From an uncultured Bacteroidales bacterium (GTDB lineage: Bacteria > Bacteroidota > Bacteroidia > Bacteroidales > ML635J-15), in contig CAYRQZ010000002.1 of the NCBI GenBank assembly GCA_964426585.1, positions 18,530-82,529 of the forward strand: DNA of 64,000 nt, in the 5' to 3' direction. Shown here piece after piece: positions 1 to 9,673 of the stretch. Made by a program: the position numbers and the translations under genes. Position 1 is the stretch's first letter; each line of letters begins with the position of its first letter. The notes under the pieces were generated by a model. That model ran no database searches, was not told the origin of the DNA, and saw only the letters and a list, made by a program, of their open reading frames with translations.

Positions 1-789
1 TGTGGGGAAAAAGTTCCGTTAGAATACTTCGACGTTTATGAATCTCTTGATTTTGAGTTAATTGCAAACGCTTTTCGGCATTCTTCCACAATGTTATATA
101 TAAAACGTGCCAACAGATACTTCCCCGAAATTGAAAAAATTTTAAAACAAAATGGAATACCTGATGATTTCAAATATCTTTGTGTTGCCGAAAGTGGCTT
201 AGCTAACGTTGTTAGTCCAGCAGGTGCCTCAGGGTTTTGGCAATTTATGAAAGCAACTGCTATCGAATATAATTTAGTGGTTAACAAAGATATTGACGAC
301 AGATACAATTATAGTAAATCGGTTTTAGCTGCCACTCAATATCTTAAAAAAGCATATAAAACTTTTAACAATTGGACATTAGTTGCTGCTTCATACAACA
401 TGGGCATGGGAGGATTAAAAAAAGATATGGATTTTCAAAAAGTGGATAATTACTGGGATTTACACCTAAACCAAGAAACTGCAAGATATGTGTACAGAAT
501 TTTAGCGCTTAAATTAATAATGTCTAATCCTAAACTTTATGGCTTCGATATAGAAGATAAGTATCTGTATAAAAAAATAAAAACTAAGGAAATTATCGTT
601 GATTCGAGTATTAACGATTTAGTTAAATTTGCTTTTGATAATGGAACAAACTACAAAATGCTGAAATATTTTAACCCATGGTTAATGTCACAAACCCTAA
701 ATAATCCAAACAAAAAAGAATATACAATTGTTATACCTACAAAAGACGGACGCAAATGTATGAATTTTAGTGATAATAAGATAGAATGA
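1..789 (+). CDS. Lytic transglycosylase, SLT-domain (MltD-like), 5' end outside window
   Basis: Frame 1 stays open from nt 1 to the ATG at 91, so the gene is truncated by the window edge. The translation has SLT-family motifs (CVAESGL, ASGFWQFM, AASYNMG). The stop overlaps the uvrA start (ATGA at 786-789). Confidence 0.8.
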   Translation, partial: CGEKVPLEYFDVYESLDFELIANAFRHSSTMLYIKRANRYFPEIEKILKQNGIPDDFKYLCVAESGLANVVSPAGASGFWQFMKATAIEYNLVVNKDIDDRYNYSKSVLAATQYLKKAYKTFNNWTLVAASYNMGMGGLKKDMDFQKVDNYWDLHLNQETARYVYRILALKLIMSNPKLYGFDIEDKYLYKKIKTKEIIVDSSINDLVKFAFDNGTNYKMLKYFNPWLMSQTLNNPNKKEYTIVIPTKDGRKCMNFSDNKIE

Positions 790-3611
790 ACAAAAAACAA
801 GGATTAATTTCGGTTAAAGGGGCGAGAGTTCATAATTTAAAAAACTTAAACATTGATATTCCTCAACACCAACTTTCAGTTATTACAGGATTAAGTGGAA
901 GTGGTAAATCTTCTTTAGCTTTCGACACAATTTATGCCGAAGGGCAACGTAGGTACATGGAAACTTTTTCTGCTTACGTTAGAAATTTTATTGGCAATAT
1001 GGAAAGACCCGACGTCGATACTATTTCTGGACTTAGCCCTGTAATTGCCATTGAACAAAAATCAACTATTAAAAATCCACGCTCAACAGTAGGAACAATA
1101 ACTGAAATTTATGATTATCTACGCTTACTTTATGCGAGAGCCTCAACAGCGTATTCTTCAGTTACCGGCGAAAAAATGATAAAATATACAGATGAGCAAA
1201 TTATTGACATCATTTTAAAAGATTTTGACAATAAGCCAGTTTATATTTTAGCTCCTATTATTGATGGAAGAAAAGGACATTATAAAGAAACTTTTGAAAA
1301 TCTTAGAAAAAAAGGATTTTTAAATGCTAGAATTGACGGCGAAATTAGAGAGATTACTTACAATTTAAAACTTGACAGATACAAAACTCACTTTGTCGAA
1401 TTAGTCGTTGACAAATTACATATTAAAGAACAAGAAAGACAAAGATTAAAAAAATCCATCGACTTAGCTATGAGTTTTGGAAAAGATATAATTATGATCT
1501 TAGAAAAAGGAAACGAAAATCCACGTTTTTTTAGTAGATTTTTAATGTGTCCTAGCTCAGGTATTTCTTACAAAGAGCCAGCACCATACACTTTTTCGTT
1601 TAATTCGCCTCAAGGTGCTTGTCCAAAATGCAACGGGCTTGGAGTAATTGCAGATATAGATATTTCAAAAATAATTCCAGACGATACTATTTCTATTTAT
1701 TCAGGTGGAATTAATATCTTAGGGAAGTACAAGAACTCTCTGCCCTTTTGGATTTTAGAATCATTAGCTGATAGGCTAAATTTTTCATTGAAAACGCCAA
1801 TTAATGAATTGCCTGAAGAAATCATTGATGCTATTCTTTATGGCTATCCTGAAAGTTTAAGGCTAAAAAACACTCCGCTTGGACTAAGCTCGAACTACAC
1901 AGTCATTTTTGAAGGTATAGTCAATCAAATTAAAACAAAACAAGAAGAAGAAGAAAAAAAATCATCATCAAATAAAGCTACTTTTAGATTTAATAAATTT
2001 ATTACTTGTCCAAAATGTAATGGTAAAAGATTAAAACCAGAAGCTTTAAATTTTAAAATTGCCGATAAAAATATTGCCGAACTCGCAGAAATGGATATTC
2101 GTAAGTTGCTAAATTTTCTTGATTCTGCATTAGAAAAACTCGAAAATAAAGAAAAAATTATTGCAGCCGAGATTATTAAAGAGGTCAAGGGTCGGCTCGG
2201 CTTTCTTATCGCCGTTGGTTTAGATTACCTTTCATTAGATAGGTCAGCTAAGAGCCTTTCGGGTGGCGAATCACAGAGAATTAGGCTGGCAACACAAATC
2301 GGAAGCCGTCTCGTAAATGTCTTATATATTTTAGACGAACCAAGTATAGGATTGCATCAACGCGATAATCATAAACTAATAGATTCGCTTAAAGAACTTC
2401 GAGATAGAGGAAACTCGGTTATCGTTGTCGAACACGACAAAGAAATGATTTTAGAAGCTGATTTCGTAGCTGACATAGGACCCGGTGCTGGACGAAGAGG
2501 CGGAAATCTCGTGTTTGCAGGTACTCCAAAAGAAATGGCTAAGTCAGACTCTATTACAGCTCAGTATATTAATGAAAAACTAAAAATAGAAGTCCCCAAA
2601 AATAGAAGATATTTAAACGGCAATAAAATAATTATACACGGAGCAAAAGGGAATAATTTGAAAAATATAAATTTAGAAATCCCCATTGGCGTAATGTGCT
2701 GTATGACAGGGGTTTCGGGAAGTGGAAAGTCAAGTATTTTAAATAAAACATTAGTGCCTGCCCTTTCAAGACATTTCTACAAATCAAATACTTTTGCTTT
2801 AGACTACGATAAAATTGAAGGTATAGAAAATATTGATAAATTTATTGAAGTTGACCAATCGCCAATAGGAAAAACACCACGCTCCAATCCTGCGACTTAT
2901 ACAAGCATTTTTACAGATATTCGCGAATTATTTGCAAGCTTACCCGAAGCAAAAATTAGAGCTTATAAAGCTGGAAGATTTTCATTCAATGTTAGTGGCG
3001 GAAGATGCGAAACTTGTAAGGGTGCTGGGGTGAAAACTATTGAAATGAATTTTTTACCAGACGTATATGTTCAGTGCGAAACTTGCCATGGCAAAAGATA
3101 CAATCATGAAACTTTAGAAGTAAAATTTAAAGGGAAATCTATTTCTGACGTTTTAGATCTAACAATTAATGCAGCAGTAGAATTATTTGAAAATATCCCA
3201 CATTTATATAAAAAATTAATTGTTCTTCAACAAGTTGGTTTAGGATATATTAGCCTAGGGCAAGCAAGCACCACTCTTTCGGGAGGCGAAGCCCAAAGAA
3301 TTAAACTTGCTACAGAACTAATGAAACGAGAAACAGGGAATACCCTTTATATTTTAGATGAACCAACAACAGGGTTGCACTTCGAAGATATTAAAATTTT
3401 ACTCGGCGTTTTAAACACCCTCGTTGATAAAGGAAACAGCATGATTATTATTGAACATAATTTAGATATAATAAAATCAGCCGATTGGATAATAGACATG
3501 GGACCAGAAGGAGGCGAAAGAGGTGGATATATTGTTGCACAAGGCACTCCCGAAGACATTATTAAAAATAAGGAATCATTTACTGCACAATATCTAAAAA
3601 ATGAAATTTAA
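786..3611 (+). CDS. uvrA: Excinuclease ABC subunit A
   Basis: 941 aa. Two ABC modules with Walker A GLSGSGKSS and GVSGSGKSS, signatures LSGGESQR and LSGGEAQR, and CxxC zinc modules (CPKCNG, CETCKG, CETCHG). Architecture is colinear with UvrA. Confidence 0.97.
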   Translation: MNKKQGLISVKGARVHNLKNLNIDIPQHQLSVITGLSGSGKSSLAFDTIYAEGQRRYMETFSAYVRNFIGNMERPDVDTISGLSPVIAIEQKSTIKNPRSTVGTITEIYDYLRLLYARASTAYSSVTGEKMIKYTDEQIIDIILKDFDNKPVYILAPIIDGRKGHYKETFENLRKKGFLNARIDGEIREITYNLKLDRYKTHFVELVVDKLHIKEQERQRLKKSIDLAMSFGKDIIMILEKGNENPRFFSRFLMCPSSGISYKEPAPYTFSFNSPQGACPKCNGLGVIADIDISKIIPDDTISIYSGGINILGKYKNSLPFWILESLADRLNFSLKTPINELPEEIIDAILYGYPESLRLKNTPLGLSSNYTVIFEGIVNQIKTKQEEEEKKSSSNKATFRFNKFITCPKCNGKRLKPEALNFKIADKNIAELAEMDIRKLLNFLDSALEKLENKEKIIAAEIIKEVKGRLGFLIAVGLDYLSLDRSAKSLSGGESQRIRLATQIGSRLVNVLYILDEPSIGLHQRDNHKLIDSLKELRDRGNSVIVVEHDKEMILEADFVADIGPGAGRRGGNLVFAGTPKEMAKSDSITAQYINEKLKIEVPKNRRYLNGNKIIIHGAKGNNLKNINLEIPIGVMCCMTGVSGSGKSSILNKTLVPALSRHFYKSNTFALDYDKIEGIENIDKFIEVDQSPIGKTPRSNPATYTSIFTDIRELFASLPEAKIRAYKAGRFSFNVSGGRCETCKGAGVKTIEMNFLPDVYVQCETCHGKRYNHETLEVKFKGKSISDVLDLTINAAVELFENIPHLYKKLIVLQQVGLGYISLGQASTTLSGGEAQRIKLATELMKRETGNTLYILDEPTTGLHFEDIKILLGVLNTLVDKGNSMIIIEHNLDIIKSADWIIDMGPEGGERGGYIVAQGTPEDIIKNKESFTAQYLKNEI

Positions 3612-3626
3612 AAATAAATTTTAAAT

Positions 3627-5075
3627 TTATTTTGCTATTTTATTAATAAACCAGTTATAAATTAGCATCGCAATTACTGTACCAAAGCCAATACTAGCAA
3701 AAATAATCCAAAGTTTATAGGGTTGATATGTTGTCCATAAATATTCTGTCAATTTTTGTGGAGTCATATTTAATTGCTCGCAAGCAGAATTAATAAAGTC
3801 ATTTTGCGAAAATTCATTGCTAATTTGAGGAATATTTAAACCGCGAGAACTCACTTCTATTTTTAAAAGGCTAATTTTATCTGCATATTTTTGATAAACC
3901 GAACCCGACAAAATTCCTGCGAGATAATTACCTCCAGCCATTGGTAAAAAGCTATAACCCATATAGAGAGCTGTTTTATCGCTAGGAGCTATTTTTCCAA
4001 TATATTCAGTAATTTTTGGCGACCCAGCCATCTCGCCCAAACCAAATATTAAAATACTTAAAAACAAAAACATAGGATTATTAGTAAAAAATGTTAAAGA
4101 CAAACCAATAGTAGAAACAAAAAATCCACTGATTATCGAGTGTATAGGTTTAAGTTTCATAACAAAATAAGAAACCACTATTTGAAAAATTATAATATAC
4201 ATGGCATCAATATTTGTTAACATTTCGGCGGCAATAGTCTTTTCAGGTGTGCCAATTTTCTCGGCTAACCAAGGCCAAAACGAAAATAGTTTATTGTAAA
4301 CAACAGAAGTATCCATCCACTGATCAATAAAAACAGGTAAAGTATAAAACAATTGATTATACATTGTCCAGAATCCAACAATTATCAATAAAAATACAAC
4401 AAATTTTAAATCTTTTAATGCGGTAAAAATATTTTTTAATATAATGTAAATTTCTTTCGAGAAACTGTTTTCTTTTTTTTCTCTTTCGGGTTCTTTAAAG
4501 AAAAGCAATACTAGAACTAAATTTATTAAAATCACAATAGATGAAATATAAAAAACATATTTCCAATCGTGCTGTCGGGCTAATGAAGCAACAATGGGAC
4601 CAATAAAAGCACCGATATTTACAATCATATAAAATATACCAAAACCTATTGAAGAAGTTTTATCGTTTGTTGTTTTAGCAACACAAGCTGAAATAATAGG
4701 TTTAAATAGAGAAGCACCTATTGCTAAAACTAAAAAAACACTAAAAACGAGAGAAAAGCTATTAACCTGAGCCAAGGCAAAATACGAAACTGCAAGAATA
4801 CTATAAGCAATAATTAAAACTTTTTTATACCCAAACCTATCCGCAATAGCTCCAGTAAATATTGGCATGAGATATAATAAACCGACAACCGTTCCCATCA
4901 TCATACCTTTTTGTGCTTGAGTAAAACCTAAGGCTCCCGAATCTGTTGAACCAGTTAAGTAAAGTGCAAAAAGCATAAACATGCCGTACCAAGCCCAACG
5001 CTCAAAAAGCTCCATTATATTTGAAACCCAAAATGTCTGCGGATAAAGTTTCAAAAACTTGAAAAATTTTAACAT
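3627..5075 (-). CDS. Proton-dependent oligopeptide transporter (POT/PTR2, MFS) di-/tripeptide permease
   Basis: 482 aa polytopic membrane protein. N-terminal MELFERWAWYGM matches the ExxERFxYYG POT motif. It has an MFS-like repeat of hydrophobic helices. Confidence 0.85.
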   Translation of the reverse strand: MLKFFKFLKLYPQTFWVSNIMELFERWAWYGMFMLFALYLTGSTDSGALGFTQAQKGMMMGTVVGLLYLMPIFTGAIADRFGYKKVLIIAYSILAVSYFALAQVNSFSLVFSVFLVLAIGASLFKPIISACVAKTTNDKTSSIGFGIFYMIVNIGAFIGPIVASLARQHDWKYVFYISSIVILINLVLVLLFFKEPEREKKENSFSKEIYIILKNIFTALKDLKFVVFLLIIVGFWTMYNQLFYTLPVFIDQWMDTSVVYNKLFSFWPWLAEKIGTPEKTIAAEMLTNIDAMYIIIFQIVVSYFVMKLKPIHSIISGFFVSTIGLSLTFFTNNPMFLFLSILIFGLGEMAGSPKITEYIGKIAPSDKTALYMGYSFLPMAGGNYLAGILSGSVYQKYADKISLLKIEVSSRGLNIPQISNEFSQNDFINSACEQLNMTPQKLTEYLWTTYQPYKLWIIFASIGFGTVIAMLIYNWFINKIAK

Positions 5076-5091
5076 AAGATTTTTCTTTCTG

Positions 5092-5099
5092 CAAAACTA
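5092..5099 (-). promoter_or_regulatory. Candidate Bacteroidetes -7 promoter box (TAgtTTTG on minus strand) for the POT transporter
   Basis: The plus strand reads CAAAACTA, the reverse complement of TAnnTTTG. It lies 17 nt upstream of the ATG at 5075. Confidence 0.4.
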
Positions 5100-5172
5100 A
5101 AAAAAAATAATAATAAGTTTTGTTATAAATATAATTTTAACTAACTTGCAGTTTGTTGTTATTGATATTATC

Positions 5173-8100
5173 ATGAGGAAGTTTTGTTTTTTAGTATTTA
5201 GTTTATTCTATATCTCGCTTTTTGCTCAAGTTGAATTTAGCAAAATTGAATCGTTTTTAAGTAAAGAGGCTAATATCTATACCTATAAAATTGATACAGA
5301 TATTAAGCAAAATGAAAATGGAGCCTACGGCTTTTGCCTAAAAACTCCTGTTGAATATACTTCATTTGCTATTGGTTGGAGTGCTGGCTCGCAAAATTAT
5401 CCCGCCGGATTATTTGATATTGTTTATAAAACACATAAGCCCAATAAAGCTTGGTCTAATTTCAATTTTGATGATGGTTCAACTATGCCGAATGAAACAA
5501 AATCTGGGTTTTACAAAACAAACTTATTATTCGGAATAGATGAATATTACCACGACTCCTTAGAGTTTTACATTTACCCACCCGAAGGTGAAATAATTAA
5601 TGAAATTTATCTTATTTTATTAGATATAAATGAAACAAATATTGGCGAAACAGAAATAATAAACTCAAAATCAGGAGCAAAATCTTGTCCTGAATTTCCC
5701 GAAATTATTCCACGTAGTGCTTGGTGCAACGGCGTTTCTGCTTGTTTAAATCCAACTTATACAGTTGTTTATCGAAATCCAACCCATACTGTAATACACC
5801 ATGGGGCTAGTCCAAGTTCATACACCGATGGAGCTGCTGTTGTGAGGAGTTATTGGAATTATCATGTAAATTCTAACGGCTGGTCAGATATTGGTTATAA
5901 TTATCTTTTCGATAAATACGGAAATTTTTTCCTTGGGCGGCATAACCCAAATTTTCCTAATCAAGATGTACACGCTGCACATGCTGGAAATTCAAATCCA
6001 TATTCAATTGGGCTTAACTTTTTGGGAGATTCCGACTCGCCTGAAACTGCTCCAACAACTCCACAATTAGAAAAATGTGAAGAATTTTTAGCATGGTGGT
6101 ACGATTTCAGAGAATTTGATCCTTTATCTTCGGCAAGTATAATAAAACAAAGCGATGGAGTTGCTTCTGTATTGCCACGAATTTGTGGGCATAGAGATGT
6201 AAATCCAGGTGGTACAACCTGTCCTGGCAACACTTTATATGCACTACTCTCTTCAATTAGAACTGGCACAAAACAAATTATTGATAATTGCAATGGAAAT
6301 TTAGACAATATTGCACCGACAACAGAAATTATTAATGCAAGAAATTGGTATAATTCAGATTTTGAACTTAGCTTTAATGACCAGGATAACCCTGAGGGTT
6401 CGGGTCTTAACGAAGCTTATTATCAAATTATGGATTTCGATGGAAACGAATGGAGAGCAAATAATGATTACGGTTTTTTTAATGACAATTTTAATGAAAA
6501 TATAAATAACCAATGGACACAAGTTTCAGGAACTTGGAGCATTTATGCCAACAGTCTAAAACAAAGTAACGAAGCACTTACTAACCCAAATATTTACGCA
6601 TTAGTGGAGCAAAACTCTAATAACGCGTATTTATATCATTTTAAAATGAAAATTTCTGGTAGTGGAAACAATCGAAGAGCTGGCATTTTCTTTTTCTGTA
6701 GCGATCCTTCTGCTTCGTTTAGAGGCGAGGCATATATGATTTATTTCCGACTCGAAACTAACAAAGTGGAAATTTATAAAGCTTCCGCAGGAAGTATTAG
6801 CGATATTATTAAACAAACAAGCTCGCCCTTTGTATCTGAACAGTGGATGGATATTAAAATTACATATAATCCAAATAATGGGAATATGAATATTTTTATT
6901 AACGATAATCATGTATTGTATTGGAAAGATTTAAACCCACTCACTACCGGAACCGGAATTTCTTTTAGAAGTGGCTCATGTATTGTTGAATATGATGATA
7001 TGAAAGTGTATAAAAACAGAAATGATAATATTAAAGTTTTAACAGGAAACGAAAATTCTAAACAAATACGCTTCGAAAGCCCTAATTCTCAACAAGAGGC
7101 AGGCAGAATAAGAACCATAGTAATTGACAACGCAAATAATTGGTCAGAAAGTGTTTCGAAAAATATTTTTACAGATTTTCAAATACCGACTACTGACATT
7201 GAAGTTAATCAAGAATGGCAAACACAAGACTTTAATGCATATTTTTATGATGAAGACCAATTGAGCGGAGTAGAAAAAGGCTTTTTTAATATCTCAGATT
7301 TTGATGGCAATAAATGGACTGCAAACAAAAATAATGGGCATTTCTTTGACGACTTCAATAATGGAATTAGCCAAGACTGGACTAATCAAGTCGGAAATTG
7401 GACTGTAAATTCAGGAATACTGCAACAGAACTCCGAAACAGAAGGAAATTCAAATATTTTCGCATATTTACAACAAAACTTATCTAACAAATATCTTTAC
7501 GAATTTGATTTAAAAATTGAAGGCAATAATGATAATAAAAGAGCAGGATTTCATTATTTTTGCAATAACCCAGAATCAGAAAACAGAGGAGACGGATATT
7601 TTGTTTGGTTTAGGTTAAAAAGCCAAGAATTAGAGTTTTATAAAGTTATTAACGATGTGTTTTCATTGAAAAAAGCAGTAAAAATTAATTTTGAGGAAAA
7701 TACATTTTATAATATCAAAGTTATTTATGATAGGGTAAGCGGTGAAACTTATGTTTATCAAAATAATAACTTAATAGGTGAATATAAAGACCCAGAACCA
7801 TATTCCGCTGGCACATTCATTTCATTTCGTAGCGGAAATTCAAAAATGTTTGTCGATAATTTCAGAACTTTCCGTTCAAGATATTCAAACCAAAATACAA
7901 TAATAACTTGTGCTACAAGCCAGTCGGATGTTAGATACTCAAATCAAAGTCCCGAAAGCCCAGCCGCAAAAATTAGTTCTATTTGTATGGACTCAGCAAA
8001 AAATATTTCAACAGTAATTACAAAACCTTTTAATATAGACTTTAGTAAGCCTAGTACAATTTCTATCGTAAATGATGGATTAGGACAAGATTTGGACATT

Positions 8101-9060
8101 AGTTCCGAAACAACTAGCCTTTCGGCAAATTGGACAGAAAGCTATGACCCAAACTCAGGAATAGATGCTTATTATTATTCCATAGGAAAAACACCAGGCG
8201 GAAACGAATTAATTGATTGGACAAATATTGGACATTTAACAAATTTCACGCTAACAAACTTAGAACTACAAATTGGGCAAATATATTATGTTTCGGTAAA
8301 ATCACGTAATGGTGCAGGTTTATTTTCCGATTTAGCAAGTTCTGACGGGATTATAATTCAAAGTGTAACTTGTCCAGAAAACCAAAATGTATGCTCCAAT
8401 AATGAGGCATATATTTTAGAAGGGGCTCTTCCTATTGGTGGTATTTATTCAGGCAACGGCGTTATTGGTGGTAATTTTAATCCAGCTAACGCAAATATTG
8501 GAAATAATACAATTACATATTATTACAATAGCCAAGAATGTAGTTTTGAAATTTTTGTGAATAATCCGCCTCAAGTATATTGCCCAGACAATTTAATTAT
8601 TGAACAAAACTCTTCTCCTTTTTCATTAATTGGAGCAAGCCCTGAAGGAGGTAATTACTTTTTAAACGGAACGCAAATTACAAATATAAACCCAGCTAAT
8701 TTTGCAGAAGGAGATTACATTATTACTTATGGCTATACTGACCAAGAAACACTTTGTTATGCAGAGTGTAATTTTACTTTAACAATTAGCCCTTCTTCAA
8801 AAATTGAAAAATTTTTAAAAACAGACTTCGAAATTTATCCAAATCCAAACTCAGGAGAATTTAAAACAACACTGCCAAATAATAATCACCAATATAACAT
8901 AAAAATATTTAATATTCAATCTCAAATAATTGAAGACCTTAATTATAATATAAATGGAGATGAGATTATTTTTAATTTAAAAAATATTTCTCCTGGTTTG
9001 TATTTTATTAATTTTTCAAACTCAGATTATAACATAACAAAAAAAATATTCATAGAATAA
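5173..9060 (+). CDS. T9SS-secreted multidomain N-acetylmuramoyl-L-alanine amidase (amidase_2/PGRP domain, two lectin-like modules, Fn3/Ig-like segments, type-A C-terminal sorting domain)
   Basis: Start is set at ATG 5173 (MRKFCFLVFSLFYISLFA|Q signal peptide) rather than the track's TTG at 5146. The PGRP/amidase_2 motifs are RSAWC, VIHHGAS, YWNYH, GWSDIGYNYLF, HAAHAG, SIGLNFLGD and CGHRDV..TTCPGNTLY. The C-terminus FEIYPNPNSGEF...GLYFINF...KKIFIE is typical of the Por secretion tail. Confidence 0.8.
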   Translation: MRKFCFLVFSLFYISLFAQVEFSKIESFLSKEANIYTYKIDTDIKQNENGAYGFCLKTPVEYTSFAIGWSAGSQNYPAGLFDIVYKTHKPNKAWSNFNFDDGSTMPNETKSGFYKTNLLFGIDEYYHDSLEFYIYPPEGEIINEIYLILLDINETNIGETEIINSKSGAKSCPEFPEIIPRSAWCNGVSACLNPTYTVVYRNPTHTVIHHGASPSSYTDGAAVVRSYWNYHVNSNGWSDIGYNYLFDKYGNFFLGRHNPNFPNQDVHAAHAGNSNPYSIGLNFLGDSDSPETAPTTPQLEKCEEFLAWWYDFREFDPLSSASIIKQSDGVASVLPRICGHRDVNPGGTTCPGNTLYALLSSIRTGTKQIIDNCNGNLDNIAPTTEIINARNWYNSDFELSFNDQDNPEGSGLNEAYYQIMDFDGNEWRANNDYGFFNDNFNENINNQWTQVSGTWSIYANSLKQSNEALTNPNIYALVEQNSNNAYLYHFKMKISGSGNNRRAGIFFFCSDPSASFRGEAYMIYFRLETNKVEIYKASAGSISDIIKQTSSPFVSEQWMDIKITYNPNNGNMNIFINDNHVLYWKDLNPLTTGTGISFRSGSCIVEYDDMKVYKNRNDNIKVLTGNENSKQIRFESPNSQQEAGRIRTIVIDNANNWSESVSKNIFTDFQIPTTDIEVNQEWQTQDFNAYFYDEDQLSGVEKGFFNISDFDGNKWTANKNNGHFFDDFNNGISQDWTNQVGNWTVNSGILQQNSETEGNSNIFAYLQQNLSNKYLYEFDLKIEGNNDNKRAGFHYFCNNPESENRGDGYFVWFRLKSQELEFYKVINDVFSLKKAVKINFEENTFYNIKVIYDRVSGETYVYQNNNLIGEYKDPEPYSAGTFISFRSGNSKMFVDNFRTFRSRYSNQNTIITCATSQSDVRYSNQSPESPAAKISSICMDSAKNISTVITKPFNIDFSKPSTISIVNDGLGQDLDISSETTSLSANWTESYDPNSGIDAYYYSIGKTPGGNELIDWTNIGHLTNFTLTNLELQIGQIYYVSVKSRNGAGLFSDLASSDGIIIQSVTCPENQNVCSNNEAYILEGALPIGGIYSGNGVIGGNFNPANANIGNNTITYYYNSQECSFEIFVNNPPQVYCPDNLIIEQNSSPFSLIGASPEGGNYFLNGTQITNINPANFAEGDYIITYGYTDQETLCYAECNFTLTISPSSKIEKFLKTDFEIYPNPNSGEFKTTLPNNNHQYNIKIFNIQSQIIEDLNYNINGDEIIFNLKNISPGLYFINFSNSDYNITKKIFIE
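6311..8045 (+). repeat. Tandem duplication of a ~290-aa protein module inside the amidase gene
   Basis: The two halves (about 6311-7185 and 7186-8045) align colinearly at protein level. Examples: MDFDGNEWRANN / SDFDGNKWTANK; NQWTQVSGTWSI / QDWTNQVGNWTV; NNRRAGIFFFCSDP / DNKRAGFHYFCNNP; YMIYFRLETNKVEIYK / YFVWFRLKSQELEFYK. Boundaries are approximate. Confidence 0.7.
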
Positions 9061-9116
9061 AATTGATAGTAAAATGAAATATATTATTAAAAAAATATTT
9101 TTATTAGAATTTTATT

Positions 9117-9124
9117 TAAATTTG
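9117..9124 (+). promoter_or_regulatory. Candidate -7 promoter box (TAaaTTTG) for the 9154-14519 operon
   Basis: Exact TAnnTTTG match 30 nt upstream of the ATG at 9154. No terminator hairpin was seen between 9060 and 9154. Confidence 0.4.
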
Positions 9125-9153
9125 TTTTAAATTTACAAAATTAAGCGGATTTT

Positions 9154-9672
9154 ATGACTAAATTTTTAATATTTGTTGGCTTTTTTGCAATTTCATGTTT
9201 TTTAAACGCTCAAGAAAATGATTTGAATAGTTTTATTGAAAACCAAAATGCCAAATTAGTTTACGACCAGTCAAAACTTGTTGTAGCACCAAACACTAAT
9301 GTTAAACTTATTCCCCCCGAGTATTTTGAACTAGAACCCAACATTAACGGATTTGTTCATAAAGGCTCAGCAGCGACAATTCAAATTATCGAAGTTAGTG
9401 GAATATCGTATAGAGACGTGGTTGCAGGAATGACCTATGATTACATTGAATCTCAAAACTATAAATATATCGACAAGATTAATTTGCAAACGCATAATGG
9501 TAATGACGCAGTTATATTCTTTGTACAATTTTCAAGTGGAGAAATGATTTATGAAAGAGCCATGCTTTTTACAGGCGAAGAAAATACTATATGGGTGAAT
9601 TTTAATTATCCTCTTAGCATGAAAAAACTATTATACCCCGCAATTGAAGCTTGTTTAATCTCGGTAGAATAA
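9154..9672 (+). CDS. Small secreted protein of unknown function (172 aa)
   Basis: Signal peptide MTKFLIFVGFFAISCFLNA|Q. I recognise no motif. The stop lies 1 nt before the start of the next gene (TAA at 9670-9672, ATG at 9674). Confidence 0.6.
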   Translation: MTKFLIFVGFFAISCFLNAQENDLNSFIENQNAKLVYDQSKLVVAPNTNVKLIPPEYFELEPNINGFVHKGSAATIQIIEVSGISYRDVVAGMTYDYIESQNYKYIDKINLQTHNGNDAVIFFVQFSSGEMIYERAMLFTGEENTIWVNFNYPLSMKKLLYPAIEACLISVE

Positions 9673-9673
9673 T

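Noticed and set aside
3611-3633. Perfect 11-bp AT-only palindrome (AAAATAAATTT-T-AAATTTATTTT) between uvrA and the POT gene.
   Set aside because: It is a pure A/T stem with essentially no loop, so it is thermodynamically weak. Such palindromes occur by chance in this composition. I have not called it a terminator.
5146-5172. TTG start proposed by the ORF track for the amidase gene.
   Set aside because: The ATG at 5173 gives a canonical signal peptide (MRKFCFLVF...LFA|Q). The extra nine residues add nothing recognisable.
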